NCBI RefSeq assembly: GCF_009765685.1
Contig: NZ_LMUY01000043.1
Coordinates: forward strand, 1,120-65,119
DNA: 64,000 bases
Direction of reading: 5' to 3'
From: Acidisphaera sp. L21
Lineage (GTDB): Bacteria; Pseudomonadota; Alphaproteobacteria; Acetobacterales; Acetobacteraceae
The notes under the pieces are model-generated. The model worked only from the letters and a program-made list of their open reading frames with translations. It did not search any database and was not told the origin of the DNA. Position numbers and translations under genes: made by a program. How positions within the stretch are numbered: position 1 is the stretch's first letter; every line of letters begins with the position of its first letter. Below are positions 29,239-39,030 of this stretch, in pieces.

Positions 29239-29649
29239 CTACGTAGCCGGGTCGGCCGCCGCGGATAGCTCGGCACAATGGCGCAGCACCTCGGCGCCCG
29301 TTGCATTCCAGGTGGTGATGCCGCCGACCATGATGACCTGCACCAGCCCTTCGGCCAGTTCAGGGACCGTAACGCCCAGTTTCATTGCGGCGGCGGCGTG
29401 GTTCTTGGCGCCGCGGGTCTGGCCGGCCAACGTGTCCAACAGCGCGAAGATCAGTTCCTTTGTTTTCAACGGTAGCGCGCCGCCGGCCGCTGTGTCCTGC
29501 ATCACGAAATCCCGCATGAGGCCGTAGCCGGCGAAGGCTGCCGGGGCATGCTGGGCGAGTAGCGTGAAATTCTCGGGCACGCGCCCGAAGGTGGCCATGA
29601 AGCTGGCGAGGCCCTTTTGCACCGCCGCGTCCGTCGTGTCGTCGCTCAT
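29239..29649 (-). CDS. Carboxymuconolactone decarboxylase (CMD/AhpD-like) family protein
   Basis: ...KELIFALLDTLAGQTRGAKNHAAAAMKLGVTVPELAEGLVQV... typical CMD fold motif. 136 aa. Confidence 0.75.
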   Translation of the reverse strand: MSDDTTDAAVQKGLASFMATFGRVPENFTLLAQHAPAAFAGYGLMRDFVMQDTAAGGALPLKTKELIFALLDTLAGQTRGAKNHAAAAMKLGVTVPELAEGLVQVIMVGGITTWNATGAEVLRHCAELSAAADPAT

Positions 29650-29749
29650 GCTGGTTGTCCCGCTGCCGCTAGTGCCACTTCAACACGGCCCGGCTTGCTT
29701 TCAAACGCCGAACTTTGCCCAGGCGGTTCATGCCACGGTTAGGCTAGCC

Positions 29750-30076
29750 CTATGGATGGGCGGCCGATGACGCGATGGTGCCGATGGGTCGGCATTGGAA
29801 CGTGGCGTCGAAGGCGGTGGGCCAGTAATAGCCGCGGGGATCGCCGTCCGGGCGAAGGTCCAACATTGCCATGGCACGCCCCTGCTGCTGGCAGAAGCCC
29901 GCGGCCTCATCCAGCACGGCGCGCTGCGCCTCGGCACCACCGCCGCGAACGGGGGCACGCATTTCCGACAGCACGTAGGTGTCCGGCCCGATCGCCACGA
30001 TGCCGGATGTCATGGCACAGCCTGCCGCTAGGAGGGCGGCAGCCAGAGCGGCGACTTTATGGACGGGATGCTTCAT
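29750..30076 (-). CDS. Putative lipoprotein
   Basis: MKHPVHKVAALAAALLAAGCAM: lipobox LAAGC. Start trimmed to this Met. Confidence 0.5.
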   Translation of the reverse strand: MKHPVHKVAALAAALLAAGCAMTSGIVAIGPDTYVLSEMRAPVRGGGAEAQRAVLDEAAGFCQQQGRAMAMLDLRPDGDPRGYYWPTAFDATFQCRPIGTIASSAAHP

Positions 30077-30222
30077 GGCGTGTGCGGTTGTCTCTGGCCG
30101 ATCTCCGCAACGTAGCGAGATTTGGGGCGGTGGACAATGCAACCCCGGCGTCAGCCGACCGGCCATCGGCGGCGAGGCAGCGTGGAACCAGGAACCGTGC
30201 TAGGTGTTCTGAGAGGTGGAAT

Positions 30223-30420
30223 ATGACGACCGATACATCCATGCCATCGGACCGGCAGAGGTTCATCGATGCCGTGCTGGCGGAGAGATATGCGCTGGCC
30301 AATCCGGATCGGGTGGCGGAGTGCGAGATCATCATGCCCGACGCGGTTTGTGCCTCGCTCGGGCTGCATCACAACGCCACATACGCGCAGGGTGCTGCAA
30401 AGCTGCGGCAAGTAAGATAG
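30223..30420 (+). CDS. Hypothetical small protein
   Basis: ATG 30223 preceded by RBS GAGAGGTGGA. MTTDTSMPSDRQRFIDAVLAERYALANPDRVAECEIIMPDAV... Confidence 0.35.
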   Translation: MTTDTSMPSDRQRFIDAVLAERYALANPDRVAECEIIMPDAVCASLGLHHNATYAQGAAKLRQVR

Positions 30421-30446
30421 CTGGCCCAGGCTCTACAAGGACCTAG

Positions 30447-30543
30447 GGTTACGAGACCTAAGTCTTGCGAAGACCTATGCCTTGCGAAGACCTATGCCTT
30501 GCGAAGACCTATGTCTTGCGAAGCCCTATGTCTTGCGGAGACC
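30447..30543. repeat. Tandem repeat, 17-bp unit cttgcgaagacctatgc x ~5.5
   Basis: Units at 30464-30480 and 30481-30497 are identical. 30498-30514 has 1 mismatch and 30515-30531 has 2. Partial units flank both ends. Confidence 0.9.
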
Positions 30544-30735
30544 GGGGAAGCGGCCCTCGTCGTAATGCTCTTCAAGTTCCGGCCGCTCGATCGTCACGTC
30601 ATTGGGGCCAAGTGCCCGTCGCACGACGAACGACAGCTTCATCAACTCGCAAGCGGTCTGGATCGCGGCATCGCGGGAGCGCGCTACCTGTGACTCAACC
30701 CGGCCAGACTTGTCCTCGAACACGACATGCCACAT
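30526..30735 (-). CDS. Hypothetical small protein; stop codon lies inside a 17-bp tandem repeat array
   Basis: MWHVVFEDKSGRVESQVARSRDAAIQTACELMKLSFVVRRALGPNDVTIERPELEEHYDEGRFPGLRKT*. C-terminal GLRKT* is encoded by the last repeat unit (revcomp ggtctccgcaagacatag). Confidence 0.4.
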   Translation of the reverse strand: MWHVVFEDKSGRVESQVARSRDAAIQTACELMKLSFVVRRALGPNDVTIERPELEEHYDEGRFPGLRKT

Positions 30736-31037
30736 GGAATTTCAACAATTCCCCCCTCATACGCGTCCCGGCCCGGCGACGCCGGGTGCTGCACACCACT
30801 GTATCACCGGGTAGGAGAGTTTCCTACTGCCATCCCTTCGGCCGCGGGTCGGCGGCTCTACGGGCTCATTTTCGGTTGGAGGGACCCCAGTGCCATGCCG
30901 GTGTTGCATTGCTGCGCCACGCCGATCGCTGCGCCGGGTTCGTTTCGGGGTTGTATGATCCTCGTCGCGTTCTGCAGGGCGAATCCTGCCGCTGAGGCGC
31001 CTAGCTCCATTCGCCTCACACAGGGGACACAGTTTCA

Positions 31038-32963
31038 ATGCCGTTCGACCCCATCGTCTCCATGGCTCTTCCAGCCATAGGCTTGATCGGTGCTGTACTC
31101 GTTTTGGTTCTGCTGCTGCGTGCCTGCCTCGTCTTCATCCCGAACGACCATTACGGCGTGGTCGAGCGGAAATGGACCGTGCGCGGCAACCAGGACAGCA
31201 GCAGCTTCATGTCGCTCACCGGATCACCCGGCTTCATACCGGAGGTAATCCGCGGTGGCTGGCACGTGTTCTTTCCGGGCAAATACCGGATCCACCGCAA
31301 GGAACTGATCACCGTGCGGTCCATCGGCTATTTGTTCGCGCGGGACGGTGCGCCGTTGCCGAATGGGCAGGCGCTGGCGGCGTGGCCGGATGGGGTCGAC
31401 CCACAGGATGCACGCAGCTTCCTGGGCAGGGGCGGCCAGCAAGGCCCGCAGCGCAAGATGCTGCGGCAGGGCACCTACGCCATCAACACCGCCCTGTTCG
31501 TGGTTTTTACCGAAAGCACGACCCATGCCGTGCCGCTGGGTGACGCGGAGAAGGCGGACTCACTGCACGCCATGCTGGAGAGCCGCAATGCCTTCGAGCC
31601 GGTGACCATCACCGGGGACCAGATCGCCGTCGTCACGGTCCAGGATGGCCCGGCGCTGGACCACGGCGAGATCATTGCGCCGACCGTAGGCACCGATGCC
31701 AAGCAGCCTGCGATGTTCCACAACAGCTTCCAGGATATCGAGCGGTTCCTGGCGGCCGGCGGTCGCCGGGGCCGGCAGGAACAGGTGCTGGTGGAAGGGA
31801 CGTACTACGTGAACCGGCTGTTTGCGACGGTAGAGATGACGGAGAAGACTGTCGTCAAGATCGGCCATGTCGGCGTGGTGGTGTCCTATACCGGGCCGCA
31901 GGGGGTGGATTTGTCTGGCGACGACTACAAGCATGGGCAGTTGGTGGAACAGGGCCAGCGCGGCGTCTGGCAGAAACCGCTGCAGCCGGGCAAATATGCG
32001 ATGAACCCGTTCGCGGTGCAGGTGCGGGAGGTTCCCACCACCAACTTCCAACTGCGCTGGATCCAGGGCAGCACGGACACGCATAATTTCGACGCCAATC
32101 TGTCGGAGATCGTGCTGATCACCAAAGATGCGTTCGAGCCGATCCTGCCGCTGTCGATCGTGGTGCATATCGGCCAGACCGACGCGCCCTATGTGGTCCA
32201 GCAATTCGCCGAAATCGGCAAGCTGGTGGACCAGACATTGGACCCGATGGTGAGCGCCTGGTTCAAGGACGCGGCGCAGTCCATGACGTTGATCGAGCTG
32301 GTGAACAGACGCAGCGAGTTGCAGGCGAAGGCGCTGGAGGAGATGCGGGCGCGGTTTCAGAAATACCGGCTGAACGTGATGGAGGTGATGATCGGCACGC
32401 CGCGGGCCTCAGTCGGCGACAAGCATATCGACACGGTGTTCGAACAGCTGCGGTCCCGCCAGGTCGCTCGGGAAAAGGTCGCCACGTATGAGAGCCAGCA
32501 AATTGCGGCGAGCAAGGAGCGGGAGTTGCGGGAGGCCGAGGCGATTGCATCGCAGCAACCGGCGCTGACGGCGTCGAAGGTCGCGATCGAAGTTGCGGCG
32601 AACCAGGGCGAGGCGGAAGTGGCCAAGCGCACCCGCGATGCCAAGGCCACGGTGTTGATGGCGGAGGCAGAGGCGCAGCGCGTGCGGCTGACTGGCCAAG
32701 CGGAGGCCGACAAGATCGAAGCCGTCGGTACCGCGAATGCGAACGCGGCGCGGGCTCAGGTGGATGCCTATGGCGGTGCGGAGGTGGCGTTGAAGAAGGT
32801 AATGGTTGAGATCTTGGCCGACGCCGTGAAGCATGCAGCGCAGCCAATGGTGCCCGGCGTCGCGATGGCTGGCGGCGGGTCCAGTATTCCAGACCTGCTG
32901 ATGGCGTTGACGCTGGCGCGGGGCGATGTCGGCCGGGCGATCGGCGCGACGCCCACGGCCTGA
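31038..32963 (+). CDS. Flotillin-like SPFH/band-7 domain membrane protein (YqiK/FloT-like)
   Basis: N-terminal TM helix (ALPAIGLIGAVLVLVLLL), SPFH region, C-terminal EA-rich coiled coil (ASKERELREAEAIASQQPALTASKVAIEVAANQGEAEVAKRTRDAKATVLMAEAEAQRVRL...). 641 aa. Confidence 0.8.
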   Translation: MPFDPIVSMALPAIGLIGAVLVLVLLLRACLVFIPNDHYGVVERKWTVRGNQDSSSFMSLTGSPGFIPEVIRGGWHVFFPGKYRIHRKELITVRSIGYLFARDGAPLPNGQALAAWPDGVDPQDARSFLGRGGQQGPQRKMLRQGTYAINTALFVVFTESTTHAVPLGDAEKADSLHAMLESRNAFEPVTITGDQIAVVTVQDGPALDHGEIIAPTVGTDAKQPAMFHNSFQDIERFLAAGGRRGRQEQVLVEGTYYVNRLFATVEMTEKTVVKIGHVGVVVSYTGPQGVDLSGDDYKHGQLVEQGQRGVWQKPLQPGKYAMNPFAVQVREVPTTNFQLRWIQGSTDTHNFDANLSEIVLITKDAFEPILPLSIVVHIGQTDAPYVVQQFAEIGKLVDQTLDPMVSAWFKDAAQSMTLIELVNRRSELQAKALEEMRARFQKYRLNVMEVMIGTPRASVGDKHIDTVFEQLRSRQVAREKVATYESQQIAASKERELREAEAIASQQPALTASKVAIEVAANQGEAEVAKRTRDAKATVLMAEAEAQRVRLTGQAEADKIEAVGTANANAARAQVDAYGGAEVALKKVMVEILADAVKHAAQPMVPGVAMAGGGSSIPDLLMALTLARGDVGRAIGATPTA

Positions 32964-32969
32964 TCGATG

Positions 32970-33007
32970 GCTGGCGTCCACCGCGCAGCAGCGCGGTGGA
33001 CGCCAGC
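32970..33007. terminator. Perfect 17-bp stem / 4-nt loop hairpin between convergent genes (bidirectional terminator candidate, no U-tract)
   Basis: gctggcgtccaccgcgc agca gcgcggtggacgccagc. Begins 7 nt after the flotillin stop and 7 nt before the 3' end of the minus-strand lipoprotein gene. Confidence 0.55.
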
Positions 33008-33013
33008 ATCATC

Positions 33014-33208
33014 CTAGTGGGCCGCCGTCGTCACGCTTCCCGTGCCGGGCAGAGGGGCGCCAGCGCCGCCGGCCGCCCCGGCCGACCCGGTCGCGGCGAG
33101 ACCACTATCGGCCCGGACCGCCGGTGAGAACGCACTCGGCGGCGCGCTGCTGCATGCCGCGATGCCGCACAGAATTGCCGCGAACAGAAGGCCTTGAGAT
33201 ACTGACAT
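33014..33208 (-). CDS. Small putative lipoprotein
   Basis: MSVSQGLLFAAILCGIAACSSAPPS: lipobox IAAC. Ala/Gly-rich mature part. Confidence 0.4.
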   Translation of the reverse strand: MSVSQGLLFAAILCGIAACSSAPPSAFSPAVRADSGLAATGSAGAAGGAGAPLPGTGSVTTAAH

Positions 33209-33605
33209 GATCGGGACCGGATTGTTGTATGCCACGGGAACGCCGGCATCATGGGATAGTTTCGTCTCGAATTGTGACCGATAACCCGGAAGCCCAGACG
33301 GTCACGGGGCGCGACCGCAGCCGTGCCAACGAGTGACTATACAGAACTGTTGGGCGGAAATACTTAATTCATTGTTTTGGCACCGCAGCGGCACCCTACT
33401 GTCATAGTGATCTTCGTGAAGGACATTAGCCCATTGCAGAGGTCGCGTTGTGTCAGAGACTTCGCTAGCCTATGGCGAGTAACTTTCACGCCGGGATCAG
33501 CCATAGCGAGGTCGGTTGGACTGGCAGTACGTGATGAAGCCCGTATTATTACGGTATTGTGCCGTAATTACGGACAGGATAGGCGCACCTTCCAGGAGGC
33601 ATACT

Positions 33606-33803
33606 GTCGTGCGCACACCGAAGACCATGTATCGTCCGACGCAGTTGGATCTGGCTTTGATGCAAGACCCGGCGGCAAAGGCAGCTGAGGAGGCCCTGCG
33701 CATCGCGGCCGGCGAGGGCCAGAAGGCGCGAACTCCCACGCCATGGCCGCTCTCCCCGGGCGCGCTGGCGCCGCGCGACAAGAAGGGTGACAAGGCGCAT
33801 TAG
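33606..33803 (+). CDS. Hypothetical small protein
   Basis: GTG 33606 with RBS CAGGAGG 7 nt upstream. VRTPKTMYRPTQLDLALMQDPAAKAAEEALRIAAGEGQKARTPTPW... Confidence 0.3.
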   Translation, partial: VVRTPKTMYRPTQLDLALMQDPAAKAAEEALRIAAGEGQKARTPTPWPLSPGALAPRDKKGDKAH

Positions 33804-33810
33804 CGCTTGG

Positions 33811-34215
33811 CTAGGATTTGACCTGAGGCCATTTTCGAATGGGTGTCCTGCTCTGCCGCTGGATGATGATCAGCCGGTCGGGGCGGCGCTTGGGGCAGCC
33901 TTGTAGACCGGTCTGCTGGATCGACAGCAGCGCCGCGGCACGGCCCTCTAGAATGGCATTTTCGGCAAAGCTCGCGTCCAGCCCCTGCAACTCGCGCTCG
34001 CCGAGGGAATCGAGCGAATTCAGCACGGCGGCCCCATCCTCGTGACGCCGATAGTGCTGGCAGAGAGAGGCGATTTCCGCGTCGTGGCCGAGCATCACTA
34101 GATCAGGGCGTAGGGCGACGAGCCAGGCCGGCGTGGTCCCATCGGCCGCGGCGCTATGACACAGGACGATGGCCAGAAACAGAATGGGCACCCGCATCAA
34201 AGATTCTCGTCTCAA
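33811..34215 (-). CDS. Secreted hypothetical protein (signal peptide)
   Basis: MRRESLMRVPILFLAIVLCHSAAADG: cleavable signal peptide. 134 aa. Confidence 0.45.
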   Translation of the reverse strand: MRRESLMRVPILFLAIVLCHSAAADGTTPAWLVALRPDLVMLGHDAEIASLCQHYRRHEDGAAVLNSLDSLGERELQGLDASFAENAILEGRAAALLSIQQTGLQGCPKRRPDRLIIIQRQSRTPIRKWPQVKS

Positions 34216-34340
34216 GGTAGAGGGCGGCGAAAGATGAAATGACTGGCTGCAGGCAGTTGTTAACCACTCGGCGACATCTGAGACTAGCCTTATTTTTACG
34301 GTCTTGGTTTCAGACAGGGGCAGCCAACTCCTCGTGAATT

Positions 34341-35288
34341 TTACCCAGCGTTACGCTCCTTAGGATTGTCCTTTACTTGCTTTCCGCTTGCGGCACGGCG
34401 CAGGCTGTCGACCATCTGGCGAAACCTCGTTAGCGCTGGCGAGGGGTGGAGGCGCCTGGTGGCGATGTGGATCGGCGCCGACAGGCCGCCGCTGCGTGAC
34501 AAGCCGCGATAGACGATGTCGTCGCCACCCAGCCGCTGCATCGAGGCGGGGACGATGGAGATGCCCAGCCCAGCGGCCACCAGGCTGAGCGTGGCGGGCA
34601 GTCGCGGCGCCTCCTGCGCGATGATCGGGCTGAAACCTTGCGTGCGGCAGGCGGTCACGATGGCATCGTGCAGCCCGGGGCCGCTGGCTCGGCGATACAG
34701 GATCAATGGTTCGGCGGCCAGGGCGGCGAGTGGTAGCTTCTGGTTCGTCATCGCCAAAGGGTGGCCCGCGGGAATGGCCGCCAGCATCGGCTCGTCCAAC
34801 ACCATGTCGAGTTGCAAGGAAGGCTGGCCCTTCACTGGGGAGCGGACGAAGGCGGCGTCCAACGCGCCATGCACCAGCGCGTCCACCAACTCGGCGGTGC
34901 CAGCTTCGTCCAGGGTGACGGCGACGCCGGGCAGGGTTTCGCGGAAGCGGCGCAGCACGGCGGGCACGAAGGGATGCAATGCGGCGGAACTGGTGAAACC
35001 GAGCGCGAGGCTGCCTTGCTCCCCCCGATCGGCCTTCTGCACGATGTCCGCCAGCTTGGCTGCGCGGGCCAGGATGAGGCGCGCTTCGGCCAGCAGGGCT
35101 TTGCCGCCTTCGGTGGGGCGCACGCCGCGGGATAGGCGGTGCATCAGGATGGCGCCGAGTTCGGTTTCCATGCCGCGAAGCAGCCGGGTCAGCGGCGGCT
35201 GTTGCATGCCCAGGCGCTCGGCGGCGCGGGTGACGTTGCCTTCCTCGGCAAGGGCGACGAAGGCGCGAAGGCGGTGCAGGTCGATCAT
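34341..35288 (-). CDS. LysR-family transcriptional regulator
   Basis: MIDLHRLRAFVALAEEGNVTRAAERLGMQQPPLTRLLRGMETELGAILMHR: LysR HTH. C-terminal substrate-binding domain. 315 aa. Confidence 0.9.
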   Translation of the reverse strand: MIDLHRLRAFVALAEEGNVTRAAERLGMQQPPLTRLLRGMETELGAILMHRLSRGVRPTEGGKALLAEARLILARAAKLADIVQKADRGEQGSLALGFTSSAALHPFVPAVLRRFRETLPGVAVTLDEAGTAELVDALVHGALDAAFVRSPVKGQPSLQLDMVLDEPMLAAIPAGHPLAMTNQKLPLAALAAEPLILYRRASGPGLHDAIVTACRTQGFSPIIAQEAPRLPATLSLVAAGLGISIVPASMQRLGGDDIVYRGLSRSGGLSAPIHIATRRLHPSPALTRFRQMVDSLRRAASGKQVKDNPKERNAG

Positions 35289-35383
35289 CGATACCTTCAG
35301 GGTATCACAAATCGTCAGGTCGCATCATAGGTGACGGGCTGCGCCGGTCGTAGGCTCTGCCCCAACGATGATGGAGCGACGAC

Positions 35384-36163
35384 ATGGCCTGGTCGGCAAC
35401 GCAATATACCAAGTTCGAAGACGAGCGGACGCGGCCGGTTCGCGACCTGCTGGCACAGTTGCCGGCGGCGGCGGTGCGCGTCGCGGTCGACCTCGGCTGC
35501 GGACCGGGCAACTCGACCGCGTTGCTGCGGGACCGGTGTCCTGGCGCCGTGGTCAGCGGCGTGGATAGTTCTGCCGACATGCTGGACGCCGCACGGGCCC
35601 GCCTGCCGGATGTGCGGTTCGAGGTGTCGGACATCACGGCGTGGAGCGGCAGCGGCGAGCCGGTCGACGTGATCCTGGCCAACGCGGCGCTGCAATGGGT
35701 GCCGGACCACGCCACGCTGCTGCCGGCGCTGCTTGGCCGATTGGCGCCGGGTGGCAGCCTGGCGGTGCAGATCCCGGATAATCTGGCCGAGCCCGCGCAT
35801 ATCCTGATGCGGGATGTCGCCGAGGATGGCGCCTGGGCGGCCAAGCTGGCGGGCGCCGCGCGCAGCACCGACAGCCGGCACAGCCCCGACTGGTATTATC
35901 GCACGCTGCACGGGGCGGGGGCGGCGGTGAACATCTGGCGCACCATCTACCACCACCCGCTCGCGGGCGGGGCTGCGGCGGTGGTGGAGTGGTTCAAGGG
36001 CAGTTCGTTGCGCCCCTTCCTGCAACGCCTGGATGCAGCGGAGCAGGAGGCTTTCTTGGCGCGTTACCAGGCTTGCATCGCCGAAGCCCATCCGGCGCAA
36101 CCCGATGGGACGGTGTTGCTGCCGTTCCCTCGCCTGTTCTTCGTCGCCACCACACCGGGTTAG
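35384..36163 (+). CDS. tam: Trans-aconitate 2-methyltransferase
   Basis: [23 protein letters not shown]...[14 protein letters not shown]...[11 protein letters not shown]: SAM-MTase motif I plus Tam-specific N-terminus. 259 aa. Divergent from the LysR gene. Confidence 0.85.
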   Translation: MAWSATQYTKFEDERTRPVRDLLAQLPAAAVRVAVDLGCGPGNSTALLRDRCPGAVVSGVDSSADMLDAARARLPDVRFEVSDITAWSGSGEPVDVILANAALQWVPDHATLLPALLGRLAPGGSLAVQIPDNLAEPAHILMRDVAEDGAWAAKLAGAARSTDSRHSPDWYYRTLHGAGAAVNIWRTIYHHPLAGGAAAVVEWFKGSSLRPFLQRLDAAEQEAFLARYQACIAEAHPAQPDGTVLLPFPRLFFVATTPG

Positions 36164-36249
36164 CACCGACCGAGCGCCCAAAGCTTAAGCATTGCGAAAC
36201 TTCGAGTGATTATGGTTTTGGGGAAATACTGTGTGACTGCCAAAATGGT

Positions 36250-37635
36250 ATGAAGCCGCCGTCCGACCCGATCATCATGCGCATGGCGCGCGAGGCTGGC
36301 CTGCTGAGCCTGGGCGTGGCCGATGTCGCCGGGTCGGTCGAGGACGTGTCGGCGCGGGTGACGAAGGGAGTCGTGGCGCTCGATCAGTTACAGGTGTTCA
36401 CCTCTCTCGTGTCCAACGACAATATCGCGGTGGCCGCAGCGGCGGAACAGGCGCGACGGCATGCCGTGACGGCGCGGTCCGACATGGACCGATCCTATGC
36501 GTCGCTGGAACTGGCCGCACTTGGGGTGTCGCAGCTTGCCGCCGATGTGGCTGCCCTGGGAGCGGATGGTGCGACGCTGGAACAGGCGCTCCGCAGTATC
36601 GATGCCGTTGCGATCCAGATCAGTTCCATCGCGGCGCAGACGAGGATGCTGGCGCTGAATGCCGCGATCGAGGCGGCGCGGGCAGGCGAATACGGGCTCG
36701 GTTTCGCGGTCGTTGCCGCCGAGGTACGCACGCTAGCCGCCCGTACAGCCGAGGCGACGGTCGGCATCCGCGCTACGGTGGAGGGATTGCGCGCAGGGGC
36801 GCAAATCATGATCGGCCGGGCCAAGACCAGTGCCACGCAGGCCAATCTGGTGAACACCCAGAGCACGGATGTGCTGCGCCTGGTGGGAATGACCAAGCAG
36901 CGCATGGCCGAGATTACCGAGCGGACGGACCACATCGCCGATCACACCCAGCAGGTCAGCGGGCGCTGCACCGAGTTGCGGGAGGCGATGCGGGAGATGT
37001 CGCGCGACATGCATGGCTCGGATAGCGATATCCGCCGCGCGCGTGACACGATCCTGGGCCTGGTCACCATTTCGGAGGAAATGGTGGGCGCGGTGCTGCA
37101 GGGCGGCGGCGTCACCGACGATACGCCGTTCATCGATTACGTGCAGCGCGTCGCGGTTCAGGTGAGCGCGTTGTTCACGCGGGAACTGGATGCCGGCCGG
37201 CTGACCGAAGACGATATGTTCGACGAGGATTACCAGGCGATCCCCGGCACCAACCCGGTCCAGATGATGGCCCGCTACACCAAGACGGCCGACCGCATCA
37301 TGCCGCCGCTGATCGAGGCCGCGTTGAAGTTCGATCCACGCGTGGTGTACTGCGTTGCAACGGACCGCAACGGCTACCTGCCGACGCACACCCAAGCATA
37401 TTCCCAGCCGCAGAGCAGCGACCCGGTGTGGAACCATGCCAATTGCCGCCAGCGTCGCACCTTTCGGGACCGCACCAACATCCGTGCCTCGGCCAACGAT
37501 ACCCTGCCGTTCCTGCTGCAGACCTACCGTCGCAACATGGGCGGCGGCGTGTTCGCGGTGGTGAAGCATGCATCTGGCCCGGTGACGATCCGGGGCCGGC
37601 ATTGGGGCGCGATTTGCCTGGCTTATGAAACGTAG
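36250..37635 (+). CDS. Soluble MCP-signalling-domain protein with C-terminal uncharacterised ~200-aa domain (inverted domain order)
   Basis: [39 protein letters not shown] hairpin lies in the N-terminal half. No TM segment. C-terminal region (...[49 protein letters not shown]...) is unassigned. Start set at ATG 36250 (MKPPSDPI...). Terminal YET* is encoded by the 16-bp repeat array. Confidence 0.75.
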   Translation: MKPPSDPIIMRMAREAGLLSLGVADVAGSVEDVSARVTKGVVALDQLQVFTSLVSNDNIAVAAAAEQARRHAVTARSDMDRSYASLELAALGVSQLAADVAALGADGATLEQALRSIDAVAIQISSIAAQTRMLALNAAIEAARAGEYGLGFAVVAAEVRTLAARTAEATVGIRATVEGLRAGAQIMIGRAKTSATQANLVNTQSTDVLRLVGMTKQRMAEITERTDHIADHTQQVSGRCTELREAMREMSRDMHGSDSDIRRARDTILGLVTISEEMVGAVLQGGGVTDDTPFIDYVQRVAVQVSALFTRELDAGRLTEDDMFDEDYQAIPGTNPVQMMARYTKTADRIMPPLIEAALKFDPRVVYCVATDRNGYLPTHTQAYSQPQSSDPVWNHANCRQRRTFRDRTNIRASANDTLPFLLQTYRRNMGGGVFAVVKHASGPVTIRGRHWGAICLAYET

Positions 37636-37708
37636 GGCGTATGAAACCCAGGGCGTATGAAGTTCAGGGCGTATGAAACCCAGGGCCGACGAAATCTAGG
37701 CGGCGACG
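37629..37708. repeat. Tandem repeat, 16-bp unit gggcgtatgaaaccca x ~5
   Basis: gcttatgaaacgta / gggcgtatgaaaccca / gggcgtatgaagttca / gggcgtatgaaaccca / gggccgacgaaatcta. Lies between the convergent MCP and antiporter genes. Contains the MCP stop TAG. Confidence 0.9.
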
Positions 37709-38973
37709 CGGACGATCTTCGCGTAACCGATCCGGCGCAGTAGCACCTGCAGCAGCGGCCCCGTCATGATCGTTGTCACCACCGCCATGATCACCAGCAT
37801 GGTAAACACACGTTTCGGCAGCACGCCCAGATCGTAGCCGACATTCAGCACGATCAGTTCCATCAGCGCCCGCGTGTTCATCAGCACGCCGAGTGTGGCC
37901 GCCTGCCAGCCATCGAAGCCGGAGGCGCGGCCGGCGACGAAGACCGGGATGACCTTGCCGCCGATGGAGATGGCCAGGATCAAGGCCAGCCACGGCATGT
38001 CCGCCATGGTGAGGCCCAGCAGGTTGGTGCGCAGCCCGGTGAAGGTGAAGAACACCGGCAAGAAGAAAACCAGGACGAAGCGGCCGACCATGGTCTGCCA
38101 GGCGGCGACGAATGCCTCGTGCCGATGGAACAGCAGGCCGCCGACGAAACCGCCGAAGATGGTGAAGATGCCGATCATGTTGCTGGCACAGCCGAGCATC
38201 ATGACCAGGCACAGCACGCAGGCCAGCAGGCCGGGGGGCAATGCCCCCGCCCGCACTGGGAAGTAGGCCAGCACCCGCGGCACCATGGGCCGCAGAACGA
38301 ACCATAGCAGCAGGCCGCCACCGACGAGTGCCGCAGCGCGCCAGAGCAAGAATGCGGCCGATAGCTGTTGCATGGTGAAGGCGGTGATGCACGCCAGCAG
38401 CATCCAGCCGACGATGTCGTTGATGGCCGCGGCAGAGATCGCGATCAGCCCGACGCGATTCCGGGTCAGCCCGTATTCGCGCAGGATGCGGCCCAGGATC
38501 GGCACGGCGGTAATTGCCACCGCCACGCCGCAGAACAGGCTGTAGGGCACAACTCTGGCACCCGGCGCCAACGTGCCGGCCGAGGCGAACCCAAACCCGC
38601 AGCCCAGTGCCAACGGCACCAGGATGGAGGCCAGGGCGACCCGCAGCACGGCCCCACGCTCCTGCGGGAGGCGGAGGCGGCTGAACTCGAACTCGGTCCC
38701 GACCTGGAACATCAGCAGCAACAGGCCGAGTTGGCTGATGGCAGTGATGGCGGTAATGGCAACCGGGTCGAACAAGGCCGCCGAGGCGGTGGGGAACACA
38801 TGACCGAACAGGGATGGGCCGAGTGCCAGGCCGGCCAGGATCTCGCCCACCGCACCGGGCTGGCCCAGCCGGCGGGCGGCGGCGTTACCCAGGGCGGCCA
38901 CGCCGATCATCACGATCAACTGGCCCAGCACGAGCAGCAGCAGATGCTCGGTCGCGTATGCCGACGCGGTCAT
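37696..38973 (-). CDS. Cation:proton antiporter (CPA2 / Kef-type Na+/H+ exchanger family)
   Basis: HLLLLVLGQLIVMIGVAALGNAAARRLGQPGAVGEILAGLALGPSLFG is the typical CPA2 N-terminus. ~12 TM helices. 425 aa. Confidence 0.85.
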   Translation of the reverse strand: MTASAYATEHLLLLVLGQLIVMIGVAALGNAAARRLGQPGAVGEILAGLALGPSLFGHVFPTASAALFDPVAITAITAISQLGLLLLMFQVGTEFEFSRLRLPQERGAVLRVALASILVPLALGCGFGFASAGTLAPGARVVPYSLFCGVAVAITAVPILGRILREYGLTRNRVGLIAISAAAINDIVGWMLLACITAFTMQQLSAAFLLWRAAALVGGGLLLWFVLRPMVPRVLAYFPVRAGALPPGLLACVLCLVMMLGCASNMIGIFTIFGGFVGGLLFHRHEAFVAAWQTMVGRFVLVFFLPVFFTFTGLRTNLLGLTMADMPWLALILAISIGGKVIPVFVAGRASGFDGWQAATLGVLMNTRALMELIVLNVGYDLGVLPKRVFTMLVIMAVVTTIMTGPLLQVLLRRIGYAKIVRVAA

Positions 38974-39030
38974 TGTCCCACCCTCGTACGTCGCGAGGGC
39001 ATAACAATCACCGATCCCTGCAACAAGGCT

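Noticed and set aside
30447-37708. Considered whether the 16/17-bp tandem arrays could be a CRISPR array.
   Set aside because: Units are contiguous with no spacers, too short, and only ~5 copies. No cas genes in the window.
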